Shown here piece by piece: positions 11,259-20,620 of a stretch of DNA of 64,000 nt. This stretch comes from Acutalibacteraceae bacterium. GTDB taxonomy: Bacteria > Bacillota > Clostridia > Oscillospirales > Acutalibacteraceae. The position numbers were made by a program, and so were the translations under genes. Under the pieces are notes generated by a model, which was not told the origin of the DNA, searched no databases, and saw nothing but the letters and a program-made list of their open reading frames with translations. The number at the start of each line of letters is the position of its first letter. The stretch's first letter is position 1. The DNA is taken from the NCBI GenBank assembly GCA_051881075.1, contig JBJEPE010000033.1, forward strand, positions 746 to 64,745. Direction: 5' to 3'.

Positions 11259-12803
11259 TTGAATAAAAAGAAAAATTATCGCTCTGCGGCGGTTATAGAT
11301 ATCGGCTCTTCAATGATTAAGATGAGGGTATCTCAGCTACAGGGTAATACTGTTGCGGATATAGACGTATTGGAGTGCCCTTTACATATAGGACACGAGG
11401 TTTACAATACAGGTAAAATAAGCTTTGAAAGTCTTAGAAAAATGTCTAAGATACTTGACGGCTTCGCTCAGGTAATGCAGGAGAACAATATCCTTCAATA
11501 CAGGCTTGTTGCAGGTTCCGTACTGCGTGAAGCTGAGAACAGGGCATATGTTGTTGACCAAATAAAAATACGCAATGACATGACCCTTGAAATACTTGAC
11601 GATGATAGGGAAAAAAGCCTAATTTATCATGAGATAATAAGAAAGCTGAAGGATGACGATGCAATAAAAAATTCACTCATTTCTTATATCGGCAAAGGCT
11701 CGCTCGGTGTAGCCGTATATAAAGATGATGGAATAGTTTTTTCTGAGAACATTCCGATAGGCTCACTTAAAATTCAGGATATACTCGTCGGTGTTCAGGA
11801 TATAACCGCTGATTTCTACTCTGTACTCGATGCTTATCTTGACGGAGTTATCGGCAAGGTAATGATACCTGATGCACAGAAATTCAGTAACGTTATAATA
11901 ACGGGCGGCGATATGGAGCTTATAGCAAAGCTGTGCGATATACCGCTTGAAAACGGTAGATATAAGATAAAAGCCAACATACTGGAACAAATGTACAGGA
12001 ATGTACGCAACATGAGCGAAGAAAACATAAGCCTGCAATATAATATATCACGCAGACAGGCAGAAACCATGTACGTTGCACTTGCCATTTACTCTAAAAT
12101 AATGAGTGTAACAGGCGCTAAGCTTATTATATCGCCTAAAATAGAGCTTTGGGATGCACTTATGCGTCAAATGCTGTATCCAATGGCCGAGGATGAGTAT
12201 GAATTACACGTAGCAAGCTCGGCAATAACTCATGCGACAGAGCTATCCGGCCGTTATGCCTGTGATATAGTACATTCTAAATGTGTTAGCGACTATGCCT
12301 GCAAGATATTTGATAAGATGAAGAAGATACACGGACTTAATTCCAAGCGCAGATTATACTTACAGATTGCCTGTATTCTGCATGATTGCGGCAGCTTTAT
12401 AAACGCAAAAAACAGCTTGCTTAATACTTACAGCATAATAAAAAATACCGATATATACGGACTTACCGAGGAGGATGCCTCCATAATAGCAGCTGTTGCA
12501 TCATATGATGAATTTACAGCGCCTGAACGTTCACAGGAGAGGTACAGAGTGCTTACTCAGAAGAATAAGCTTGTTGTTTCAAAGCTTGTCGCTATAATGC
12601 GCCTTGCACTTGCCCTCGACAAATCTCAAAGACAAAGGCTTACGTCAGTAAATATACGCCTTAACGAACAGGAGCTTGTTTTTTCGTGTGAGGCTAAAGA
12701 GAAGGCATATCTTGAGATATGGGCGTTTGAAACCGCCGCAGGCTTTTTTGAAGAGGTTTTCGGAATTAAGCCGAGAGTAGTAGTCAAATCGAAATTTATT
12801 TAA
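11259..12803 (+). CDS. ppx: Exopolyphosphatase Ppx/GppA with C-terminal HD domain
   Basis: AVIDIGSSMIKMRV ASKHA motif and an HD region (ILHDCG). I prefer the in-frame TTG at 11259 preceded by AAAGGA; the track ORF opens at 11208, which lacks an SD. Confidence 0.85.
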   Translation: MNKKKNYRSAAVIDIGSSMIKMRVSQLQGNTVADIDVLECPLHIGHEVYNTGKISFESLRKMSKILDGFAQVMQENNILQYRLVAGSVLREAENRAYVVDQIKIRNDMTLEILDDDREKSLIYHEIIRKLKDDDAIKNSLISYIGKGSLGVAVYKDDGIVFSENIPIGSLKIQDILVGVQDITADFYSVLDAYLDGVIGKVMIPDAQKFSNVIITGGDMELIAKLCDIPLENGRYKIKANILEQMYRNVRNMSEENISLQYNISRRQAETMYVALAIYSKIMSVTGAKLIISPKIELWDALMRQMLYPMAEDEYELHVASSAITHATELSGRYACDIVHSKCVSDYACKIFDKMKKIHGLNSKRRLYLQIACILHDCGSFINAKNSLLNTYSIIKNTDIYGLTEEDASIIAAVASYDEFTAPERSQERYRVLTQKNKLVVSKLVAIMRLALALDKSQRQRLTSVNIRLNEQELVFSCEAKEKAYLEIWAFETAAGFFEEVFGIKPRVVVKSKFI

Positions 12804-12816
12804 GGGGTGATGAAAA

Positions 12817-14898
12817 ATGGGTAATAAACAGAAAGAATTACAGTACCCGGACTTACTGTATAATAATAGAGAGCTTAGCTGGATGGATTTTAATTCAAGG
12901 GTTCTGGATGAAGCGTTTGAAAAAGAAAATCCAATACTTGAAAGGGTAAAATTCCTTGCTATAACGGCGTCAAACCTTGATGAGTTTTTTATGGTAAGAG
13001 TTGCGGGAATAATGGAAAAAATAGAGGAGGGCAGTAAGTCGCCTGACCCTGCGGGACTTACTCCAAAGCAACAGTTTGAAAAGCTGAGCGAGAAGATACA
13101 CGCTTTCTCCGAAAGGCAGTATTCCTGTCTTTATCGCTCGATAATACCGCTTCTAAAGAAGCACGGTCTTGTGTTTGCAGATACTGATACTCTGAGCGAG
13201 GCGCAGGTTGATTATATAAACGAGTATTTTGATGAGATAGTTTTTCCGGTACTTACACCGTTGGCGGTAGATACCGGCAGGCCGTTCCCGTTACTTGCAA
13301 ATAAAAGCCTTAACATAGCAATAAGACTTAAAAAGGAAGAAGAATCCGTGTTTGCTGTTTTGCAGGTTCCGTCTATCTTGCCAAGATTTATTGAGTTACC
13401 TGCATCAGACGAAAACAGAAGCTTCATTCTGCTTGAAGATATAATAATGTACAGACTTTCATCTTTGTTTGAGCTTTACAAAATCAAAGCCTACTGTCCG
13501 TTCAGAATTACAAGAAATTCCGATATGGATATAGATGAAGATACGGACAACTTGCTGACAGAAATTGAAAAATCCATAAAAAAGAGAAAAAGAGGTAAAC
13601 CCGTAAGACTTGAAATAGTACAAAAGTGTGACAAAGAGCTTAAAAAGTTCCTTACCGATATGCTCGACGTTGACAGTAAAGAGATATATGAGCTTCCGGG
13701 TGCGCTTGATCTCACGTTCCTCTCTAAGTTCGGAGGCCTCAGCGGTTGTGACGATTTAAGATTTAAGCCTATAGTGCCTGTATCGCCTGCGGCTGATTTT
13801 ATGGGCTACAGCGATATATTTGAGGCAATACGTGACGGCGATAAAATGGTGCATCATCCCTATGAAAGCTTTGACGCGGTGCTTCAGCTTGTACGTCAGG
13901 CCGCAGAGGATAAGGATGTTCTTGCAATTAAACAAACCCTGTACCGTGTTTCAGGTAATTCACCTATCATTGCGGCACTTATCAAGGCCGCCGAAAACGG
14001 CAAGCAGGTAACTGTGCTTGTAGAGCTTAAAGCAAGATTTGACGAAGAAAACAACATACATTGGGCACGTAAGCTTGAAAAAGCAGGTTGTCACGTTATA
14101 TACGGCCTTACAGGACTTAAAACACACTGTAAGATACTGCTTGTAATCAGGCAGGAAGAGGACGGTATCCGCAGATATTTGCATATGGGTACAGGCAACT
14201 ATAACGACATAACCGCAAGATTTTACACGGATATCGGCGTGTTTACCTGTAAGGATGCCTTCGGCAGAGACGCATCATCACTGTTTAATGTACTTACCGG
14301 CTTTTCTACTCCGCCGCAATATAATAAATTTGTTGTTGCGCCGCTTGGTATGAGAAGCTTTTTTGAAACAATGATAAAGCGTGAAACCGAAAATGCTTTA
14401 AACGGCTTGCCTGCTAAGATAGTAGTTAAGGTAAACTCACTTGTAGACCCAAGCATCATATCGCTTCTATACGAAGCGTCGCAGGCAGGAGTAACTATAA
14501 AATTAATAGTAAGAGGTATATGCTGCCTGATACCGGGAGTTGAGGGAATAAGCGAAAATATAACGGTGTGCAGTATAGTAGGTCAGCTATTGGAGCATAG
14601 CAGAATATTCTACTTTGAAAACGGCGGAGACCCTAGAATTTATATGGGCAGTGCCGACTGGATGCCACGTAACCTAGATAGACGTGTTGAGCTTGTATTT
14701 CCTATAGAGGACGAGCGCTTGAAGCAACGTGCTTTAGATATTCTTGAATTAATGCTCAGCGATACCGTAAATACAAGAGTTCAAAAACAGGATACTTCTT
14801 ATGAGCTTATTGACAGACGCGGTAAAAAGGTAATAAGCTGTCAGTCCGAGTTCTCGGTACTTGCAAAGGCAGCGGCCGCAGAAAAGCAGCAGCAATAA
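12817..14898 (+). CDS. ppk1: Polyphosphate kinase 1
   Basis: 693 aa with two PLD-like HKD regions (GLKTHCKILLV; SADWMPRNLDRRVE), directly downstream of ppx. Confidence 0.95.
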   Translation: MGNKQKELQYPDLLYNNRELSWMDFNSRVLDEAFEKENPILERVKFLAITASNLDEFFMVRVAGIMEKIEEGSKSPDPAGLTPKQQFEKLSEKIHAFSERQYSCLYRSIIPLLKKHGLVFADTDTLSEAQVDYINEYFDEIVFPVLTPLAVDTGRPFPLLANKSLNIAIRLKKEEESVFAVLQVPSILPRFIELPASDENRSFILLEDIIMYRLSSLFELYKIKAYCPFRITRNSDMDIDEDTDNLLTEIEKSIKKRKRGKPVRLEIVQKCDKELKKFLTDMLDVDSKEIYELPGALDLTFLSKFGGLSGCDDLRFKPIVPVSPAADFMGYSDIFEAIRDGDKMVHHPYESFDAVLQLVRQAAEDKDVLAIKQTLYRVSGNSPIIAALIKAAENGKQVTVLVELKARFDEENNIHWARKLEKAGCHVIYGLTGLKTHCKILLVIRQEEDGIRRYLHMGTGNYNDITARFYTDIGVFTCKDAFGRDASSLFNVLTGFSTPPQYNKFVVAPLGMRSFFETMIKRETENALNGLPAKIVVKVNSLVDPSIISLLYEASQAGVTIKLIVRGICCLIPGVEGISENITVCSIVGQLLEHSRIFYFENGGDPRIYMGSADWMPRNLDRRVELVFPIEDERLKQRALDILELMLSDTVNTRVQKQDTSYELIDRRGKKVISCQSEFSVLAKAAAAEKQQQ

Positions 14899-15057
14899 AA
14901 ATATACCGATTTTATATAGTGTTTAAAGGGTAAAAATATACTAAAAGGCAAATTTTTAATAGAAAATTTATAAAATGTAAAAATTTGTGTTGCAAGTTTA
15001 TAAAAAATAGGGTACAATATCTTTAAATCCATTGTATCGCAGAGAGGAGAAAATGGC

Positions 15058-16140
15058 ATGAAAAGAATAGGAATTTTAACCAGCGGCGGAGATTGTCAAG
15101 GACTGAATGCCGCTATTAGAGGCGTAGCAAAGGCTCTTTACAGTCATTACAAAAAGAATGAAGTAAAGATCTACGGCATAATTGACGGTTACAGAGGCCT
15201 TATCTACGGTGAATACCGTGAAATGCAGGAAAGCGATTTTTCAGGCATTTTAACACAGGGCGGAACAATTTTAGGTACATCACGTCAGCCGTTCAAGCTT
15301 ATGAGAGTTATTGACGATGAAACCAGTATTGATAAGGTAAAGGCTATGAAAGAACATTACAGTGAAATGAAGCTTGATTGCCTTGTTGTACTTGGCGGTA
15401 ACGGTACGCAAAAGACTGCTAACCTTTTATCTCAAGAAGGACTCAATGTTGTATCGTTACCTAAGACAATAGACAATGACCTTTGGGGTACCGACATAAC
15501 CTTTGGATTTCAGAGTGCGGTAGATATCGCAACAAATGTTATAGATTGTATTCATACTACAGCCACATCACACGGACGTGTGTTTATAGTCGAATGTATG
15601 GGACATAAGGCAGGTTGGCTTACACTATATGCAGGTATAGCAGGCGGTGCTGATGTAATTCTCATTCCTGAGATTCCTTACGACATTGATACCGTTATAA
15701 AGACTATCAAGAACAGAACTAAGAAAGGTAAGAATTTCTCTATCCTTGCCGTTGCAGAGGGCGCTATATCCAAGGAACACGCCGCTTTGCCAAAGAAGGA
15801 GAAAAAGGCGGCTATTGCTGAGATGGCATATCCGTCTGTATCATATAAGATAGCTCATGAGATAGAAGAGGCAACCGGTCAGGAAACACGTGTTACCGTT
15901 CCGGGACATTTTCAGAGAGGCGGCAGCCCATGCCCATACGACCGTGTTATTGCCACACGCTTCGGAACTGCTGCGGCAAAGCTCATAATTGAAGAAAAAT
16001 ATGGCAATATGGTTGCCTTGCACGGTGAAGATATCGTTGCCGTACCGCTTAGCGATATTGCCGGAAAGCTCAAAAATGTTCCTGTTGATTCTCCTGTAGT
16101 ACGTTCTGCAAGAGAGCTTGGTATATGCTTAGGCGACTGA
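15058..16140 (+). CDS. pfkA: 6-phosphofructokinase (PFK-A family)
   Basis: Motifs are GILTSGGDCQGLNAAIRG, GGNGT, PKTIDNDL and MGH. The phosphoryl donor cannot be decided from sequence. Confidence 0.9.
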   Translation: MKRIGILTSGGDCQGLNAAIRGVAKALYSHYKKNEVKIYGIIDGYRGLIYGEYREMQESDFSGILTQGGTILGTSRQPFKLMRVIDDETSIDKVKAMKEHYSEMKLDCLVVLGGNGTQKTANLLSQEGLNVVSLPKTIDNDLWGTDITFGFQSAVDIATNVIDCIHTTATSHGRVFIVECMGHKAGWLTLYAGIAGGADVILIPEIPYDIDTVIKTIKNRTKKGKNFSILAVAEGAISKEHAALPKKEKKAAIAEMAYPSVSYKIAHEIEEATGQETRVTVPGHFQRGGSPCPYDRVIATRFGTAAAKLIIEEKYGNMVALHGEDIVAVPLSDIAGKLKNVPVDSPVVRSARELGICLGD

Positions 16141-16191
16141 TATAAATTTATTAATTATGGGTAATACCCAAAAATATAAGGGGGACTTAAT

Positions 16192-16629
16192 ATGTCAAAA
16201 CCAATTCCTGAACTCGTACAAAGAGAAAGAAAGCGTTGGCTGTTTTTCGGTATTCCGTTTACTTTTACAAAGTTCACAATAACTGAGAAGAAGCTTATGA
16301 TTAACGAGGGCTTTTTTACCAGCGTTGAGAATGAAATATTACTGTATAGAATACTCGATATCACATTAAAGCGTACGTTAATGCAAAAGATATTCGGTTT
16401 AGGTACTGTAATTGTCCAGTCACAGGATAAGACACATCCTACACTCTATGTTAAAAACATTAAGCGTTCTGTTCAGTTTAAGGAAAATCTTTCTTCACAC
16501 GTTGAGTCTGAAAAGACACGTCTTAATATGCGTAGAGGCGAGTACATACATGGCGATTCACATGACATGAATCATGACGGTATTGATGATGATTTTGAGC
16601 ATGATATGCACTTTGATGATATGAACTAA
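16192..16629 (+). CDS. Bacterial PH (YdbS/bPH_2-like) membrane protein with His/Asp-rich C-terminal tail
   Basis: An N-terminal TM hairpin region is followed by a PH-like core. The tail reads HGDSHDMNHDGIDDDFEHDMHFDDMN. Confidence 0.5.
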   Translation: MSKPIPELVQRERKRWLFFGIPFTFTKFTITEKKLMINEGFFTSVENEILLYRILDITLKRTLMQKIFGLGTVIVQSQDKTHPTLYVKNIKRSVQFKENLSSHVESEKTRLNMRRGEYIHGDSHDMNHDGIDDDFEHDMHFDDMN

Positions 16630-16734
16630 TTATATTAAAGTATAGTATCATTCATAAAATCCCCACCTTATGCGTATGCAGGGGTGGGGATAAAATAACT
16701 TGATTGCATTATACGTTTAAAGGGGAGTATAGGT

Positions 16735-17661
16735 TTGATAAGCTACTACAAAACGGTTGATAAAAAGCTTACTAAGCTTGATAAATACGAGGAGCATTGC
16801 TGGATAAACTGTACTTCTCCCGATGAGGACGATGTAGATTTGCTTATTAACGAGTTCGGCGTGTCATCGGACTTTATACGTGCCGCACTTGACGAAGAGG
16901 AATCTTCACGTGCAGAAAGAGAAGACGATTACGCATTTGTCATAGTAGATATACCTGTAGAAAAAAAGAATGATAAAACCGTAACTTATTCTACTGCACC
17001 GCTTGCCATTATGGTTACTGACACCAATATAGTAACGGTTTCTATAAAAGGCAGTGATCTTATAAATGATTTTTGCAAAATCCCTATAAAGGGCATAAAT
17101 ACAAAGTTTAAAACTAACTTTGTATTGCTTTTAATGCTTCATATATCTAAAAAATATCTTCAATATCTGAAGCTGATAGACCGAACTAATGACCGTGTTC
17201 AAGAGCAATTACGAAAAACTATGAGAAATCAGGAGCTAATACAGCTTATGGACGCACAGACATCACTTGTTTACTTTCAGTCTTCACTTAAAGCAAACGA
17301 GGTTACTCTCCACAAAATAATGCGTGGCAGAATACTCAAGCTGTACGAAGAGGATCAGGATCTGCTTGATGATGTTATTATAGAGGTCAGACAGGCATTG
17401 GATATGGCAAGCACGTATCTTGATGTATTATCCGCTACCATGGATGCGTTTGCGTCTATAATCTCAAATAACCTGAACATAGTTATGAAGGTGCTTGCTT
17501 CGCTTACGCTTATAGTATCTATCCCTACGGTTATTTCGGGAATATACGGAATGAACACCTCTACATTGCCTATGAAGGATTATTTTTGGTTTCCTATAGC
17601 ATTGAGCGGCGTGCTTATGGTTATCGCTTATATTATACTTAAAAAGAGAGATATGTTTTAG
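16735..17661 (+). CDS. corA: CorA-family magnesium/cobalt transporter
   Basis: YGMN signature followed by a final TM helix. TTG start with AAAGGGGAG SD. Confidence 0.9.
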   Translation: MISYYKTVDKKLTKLDKYEEHCWINCTSPDEDDVDLLINEFGVSSDFIRAALDEEESSRAEREDDYAFVIVDIPVEKKNDKTVTYSTAPLAIMVTDTNIVTVSIKGSDLINDFCKIPIKGINTKFKTNFVLLLMLHISKKYLQYLKLIDRTNDRVQEQLRKTMRNQELIQLMDAQTSLVYFQSSLKANEVTLHKIMRGRILKLYEEDQDLLDDVIIEVRQALDMASTYLDVLSATMDAFASIISNNLNIVMKVLASLTLIVSIPTVISGIYGMNTSTLPMKDYFWFPIALSGVLMVIAYIILKKRDMF

Positions 17662-17707
17662 GCTATAAAAAATCAAGGTAAATTTTTAAAATTTTTTAAT
17701 TTTAGTA

Positions 17708-17736
17708 TTGACAAAAACGTTTTTATCTGATATAAT
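17708..17736 (+). promoter_or_regulatory. Consensus sigma-70/SigA promoter for the tRNA gene
   Basis: TTGACA (17708-17713), an exact 17-nt spacer, then TATAAT (17731-17736), about 25 nt upstream of the tRNA. Confidence 0.8.
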
Positions 17737-17761
17737 ACATAACTGTTGAGTGATCAATAGG

Positions 17762-17838
17762 GGCCATTAGCTCAGTTGGTTAGAGCAACCGGCTCATAAC
17801 CGGTTGGTCCGGGGTTCGAGTCCCTGATGGCCCACCAT
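17762..17838 (+). tRNA. tRNA with CAT anticodon, most like tRNA-Ile2 (lysidine) but Met not excluded
   Basis: I folded the cloverleaf by hand. The acceptor is GGGCCAT/ATGGCCC, the anticodon stem is ACCGG/CCGGT with loop CTCATAA, the T arm is CGGGG-TTCGAGT-CCCTG, and CCA is encoded. The D-arm/variable region AGCTCAGTTGGTTAGAGCA...GGTC resembles Ile2-type tRNAs. Confidence 0.9.
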
Positions 17839-17842
17839 GTTA

Positions 17843-17878
17843 AAATCGCCTTTTGTCAGTGACAAAAGGCGATTTTTC
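17843..17878 (+). terminator. Rho-independent terminator
   Basis: AAAATCGCCTTTTG...CAAAAGGCGATTTTT, a perfect long stem followed by a T-run. Confidence 0.85.
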
Positions 17879-17922
17879 AGTTATATTATTTTTAATTTTA
17901 ACTTTTTAGGGTGGGTATAGCA

Positions 17923-18750
17923 ATGTTTACATCGTATCATTTTATTTGGATTGCCATATGTACTGTTATTATAGTAACATCACTTTATATACTGATAAAG
18001 AACAAAATTCCGCTTGAAAAGGCATTATCCGTTGCCTGTGTTGTATGTGTACTCTCAGAGTTTACAAAGGTGTTCAGCACGGTTAAGATGGTTCCGTCAA
18101 GTGACGGTACTATAATGTATCCGTATCTTGCCATGCAGCATTTGCCTTTGCATTTATGCTCAATACAGATAGCGTTTATTTTTTATGCACGTTTTGCTAA
18201 AAACAGTAAAGCTAAAGAAACCCTTCTTGCCTTTATGTATCCTACCTGTGTGGCAGGTGCGCTTGCGGCACTCATTATTCCGTCAATATTTTCCGGCGGC
18301 GTCGACCTTGCCAAGGCATTTGGCAGACCGCTTTCATATCAGTATTTTCTTTATCATGCAATGCTTGTCATTATCGGCCTATACATTGCAATATCCAAAG
18401 AAACTCCTATAACAAGCAAACATTATAAGACAACGCTTTTGATATTAGGCTGTGCGGCATTTGCTTCTATCTATTTTAACTCTATATTCTCATCACCTAC
18501 ATATAAAAACGATGTTTTGGTAAGCGTTGATTATTGCCCTAATTTATTTTTTACATACGATACTCCTATAAACATAAAGCTTACCGAGCTTTGGCACTGG
18601 TATGTATATTTGCTGGTACTGGTTGTTGCGGCTGTCGTATTGATAGGAATATTCTATTTGCCGTATTTTATTAAAGAATCAAAAGAACGTAAATTGCAGA
18701 ATAGCAAAGCTACAGCAAAAGAAAAAGAGCCTGTAGCTGCAAGTAAATAA
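17923..18750 (+). CDS. Multi-pass membrane protein, YwaF/TMEM164 (TIGR02206)-like
   Basis: About 8 TM helices and an LPLHLCS motif typical of that family. ATG at 17923 is preceded by GGGTGGG; the track starts at GTG 17911. Confidence 0.5.
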   Translation: MFTSYHFIWIAICTVIIVTSLYILIKNKIPLEKALSVACVVCVLSEFTKVFSTVKMVPSSDGTIMYPYLAMQHLPLHLCSIQIAFIFYARFAKNSKAKETLLAFMYPTCVAGALAALIIPSIFSGGVDLAKAFGRPLSYQYFLYHAMLVIIGLYIAISKETPITSKHYKTTLLILGCAAFASIYFNSIFSSPTYKNDVLVSVDYCPNLFFTYDTPINIKLTELWHWYVYLLVLVVAAVVLIGIFYLPYFIKESKERKLQNSKATAKEKEPVAASK

Positions 18751-18776
18751 AGTAGTAATACAGAGGGTGCATTATT

Positions 18777-19484
18777 ATGCCTATATACAGGGCCGCCGAT
18801 ATAGTTTTTAAAACAACTGCAAAAAGTGATGAATACGCTTCAAGGCTAAAAAAGTATCAAGTATCAGACGATGTACAACCTGATATCAAAATAAATATAC
18901 CAGATGAGGCGATAGAGAATTGCTGTGTAAAAGGAAAGTGTTCTTCATTTGTGAGCGAATATATGCTTTCGGGACAGGTTTTTTATCAATCTCTGCTCAG
19001 ATATAACGGATTTATGATACATTCATCTGCTATACTGTATAAGGGTAATTCATACATTTTTTCTGCCGATAGCGGTACGGGTAAATCTACACATACAAGT
19101 ATATGGCAACGTGTTTTCGGGCAAGATAATGTACAGATACTTAACGATGATAAGCCTGCCATACGCATTTTTGACGATGACATCTTTGCCTACGGTACTC
19201 CGTGGAGCGGTAAAGATGATATCAGTCTTAATGCAAAGGCTCCGCTTAAAGGCATTGTTTTCTTAGAGAGGGACGATACTAACCATATTGAAAGAATAAC
19301 CCCTGCGCAGGCTTTTCCTAAGTTTTTTGCACAGACGGTAAGAAAAATGAGCATGGAATATATAGATAGGCTTTTACCGCTTGCGGATGAATTGCTCAGG
19401 CGTGTTCCCGTATATTTAATGGGATGCAATATGGAGGATGAGGCGGCAATAGTTGCAGAAAAAATGCTCACGTCCCAAGAATAA
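18777..19484 (+). CDS. HPr-kinase-C-terminal-like P-loop protein
   Basis: IHSSAILYKGNSYIFSADSGTGKSTHTSIW...LNDDKP matches the HprK-related pattern (H-S-A...G.SG.GKST...DD) seen in RiPP-associated kinases. Confidence 0.6.
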   Translation: MPIYRAADIVFKTTAKSDEYASRLKKYQVSDDVQPDIKINIPDEAIENCCVKGKCSSFVSEYMLSGQVFYQSLLRYNGFMIHSSAILYKGNSYIFSADSGTGKSTHTSIWQRVFGQDNVQILNDDKPAIRIFDDDIFAYGTPWSGKDDISLNAKAPLKGIVFLERDDTNHIERITPAQAFPKFFAQTVRKMSMEYIDRLLPLADELLRRVPVYLMGCNMEDEAAIVAEKMLTSQE

Positions 19485-19520
19485 AGATACATCATATTAA
19501 ACGAAAGGATTGTATATAAT

Positions 19521-19784
19521 ATGAAAATAAAAGAAGGTTTTATTTTAAGAGAGGTAGCCGGCAGTAACATTGTAGTTCCTGTAGGCGACAGATGCGCAAG
19601 CTTTAACGGTATGATAACCCTTAACGATACGGGCGCATTTTTGTGGTCACAGTTAAGCACCGACAAAACCGAAGATGAGCTTCTCGGTGCAATGCTCAGT
19701 GAGTACGACGTGCCTGAAAATATCGCACGCAACGATATTTCTGCCTTTGTTGCAAACCTTAAAGAAAACGAGCTTATAGACTGA
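19521..19784 (+). CDS. PqqD-family protein (RiPP recognition element-like)
   Basis: 87 aa. Motifs ...FILREVAGSNIVVPVG...MITLNDTGAFLWSQL...EDELLGAMLSEYDV...DISAFVANLKENELI give the typical PqqD/RRE winged-helix pattern. Confidence 0.7.
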   Translation: MKIKEGFILREVAGSNIVVPVGDRCASFNGMITLNDTGAFLWSQLSTDKTEDELLGAMLSEYDVPENIARNDISAFVANLKENELID

Positions 19785-19815
19785 GTTGCTATAATTTTCA
19801 TATCGTATGTTATAA

Positions 19816-19860
19816 AAGACCGCCGTATTGGTAAGACTACACATTACGGCGGTTCTTTAA
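19816..19860 (+). terminator. Rho-independent terminator ending the three-gene operon
   Basis: AAGACCGCCGTA...TACGGCGGTTCTTT. Confidence 0.7.
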
Positions 19861-19920
19861 ATTTATTTATCTGTCACCAAAGTCACATTTTATAAGTAAC
19901 ATGATATAGGGTGATAAGAT

Positions 19921-20568
19921 ATGATTTTAAGGCGGCGTATTCATCGTAGAAAAAACGTATTTGGCAGAATAGTTATCACGACAGCCATACTTTTTATTGC
20001 ATTTTGGATAACTATGGAGGTACAGATAAGACCCATTGCACGTGCTATAGTGAAGAATAAAGCTCAGATATTATCGTCAGATATAATAGATGAGGTAATA
20101 ACAGAGGTAATATGTGAGTCCGGTATAAGCTACGATGATATAGTAATTACTACATATAACGATAAAAACGAGATACAGGCCATAACTACCGACATAGTAA
20201 AAGTGAATGAATTTAAGGCAAAAATAACCGCTAAAATTCACGAAAAGCTTTCTGAAGTTAAAAATCAGGATGTTTCCGTCCCGGTAGGCAACCTTCTGGG
20301 AATACAGCTTTTAGAGGGAAGGGGATTTGACGTAAACTTTTCTATTTCTCTTACAGGCAGTGCGTCAGCGAATTTGAGCAGTTCATTTACAAGCGCAGGG
20401 ATAAATCAAACCCGACATAGCATAGTTATAGATATTGACGCGGATATCTGTGTATTAAATTCTTCATGGACTGAGGATATAAGCGTTAAGACCGTGGCGG
20501 TAATAGCCGAAACTATCATAGTAGGCTCAGTGCCTGATCTATACTCAGACCGAAAAACGGAAAATTAA
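19921..20568 (+). CDS. yunB: Sporulation protein YunB-like
   Basis: 215 aa with an N-terminal basic region plus TM, followed by the YunB-like pattern (IRPIARAIVKNKAQILSSDIIDEV...). Confidence 0.6.
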   Translation: MILRRRIHRRKNVFGRIVITTAILFIAFWITMEVQIRPIARAIVKNKAQILSSDIIDEVITEVICESGISYDDIVITTYNDKNEIQAITTDIVKVNEFKAKITAKIHEKLSEVKNQDVSVPVGNLLGIQLLEGRGFDVNFSISLTGSASANLSSSFTSAGINQTRHSIVIDIDADICVLNSSWTEDISVKTVAVIAETIIVGSVPDLYSDRKTEN

Positions 20569-20620
20569 ATTTTAATAAATAAAAAAATCGGCAAAACGCC
20601 GATTTTTAACTAATAGATTA

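Noticed and set aside
15058-16140. PPi-dependent rather than ATP-dependent phosphofructokinase (PKTIDND Lys at the E. coli Gly124 position, GGNGT instead of GGDGS)
   Set aside because: The Gly104-equivalent is retained while only the Lys124-type residue is PPi-like. This mixed signature occurs in both ATP- and PPi-using enzymes, so donor specificity cannot be called from sequence alone.
19190-19801. 203-aa minus-strand ORF overlapping the HprK-like and PqqD genes
   Set aside because: It is antisense to two ORFs that have clear family motifs and SD sites. Its Ser/Leu-rich low-complexity translation is typical of a shadow ORF.
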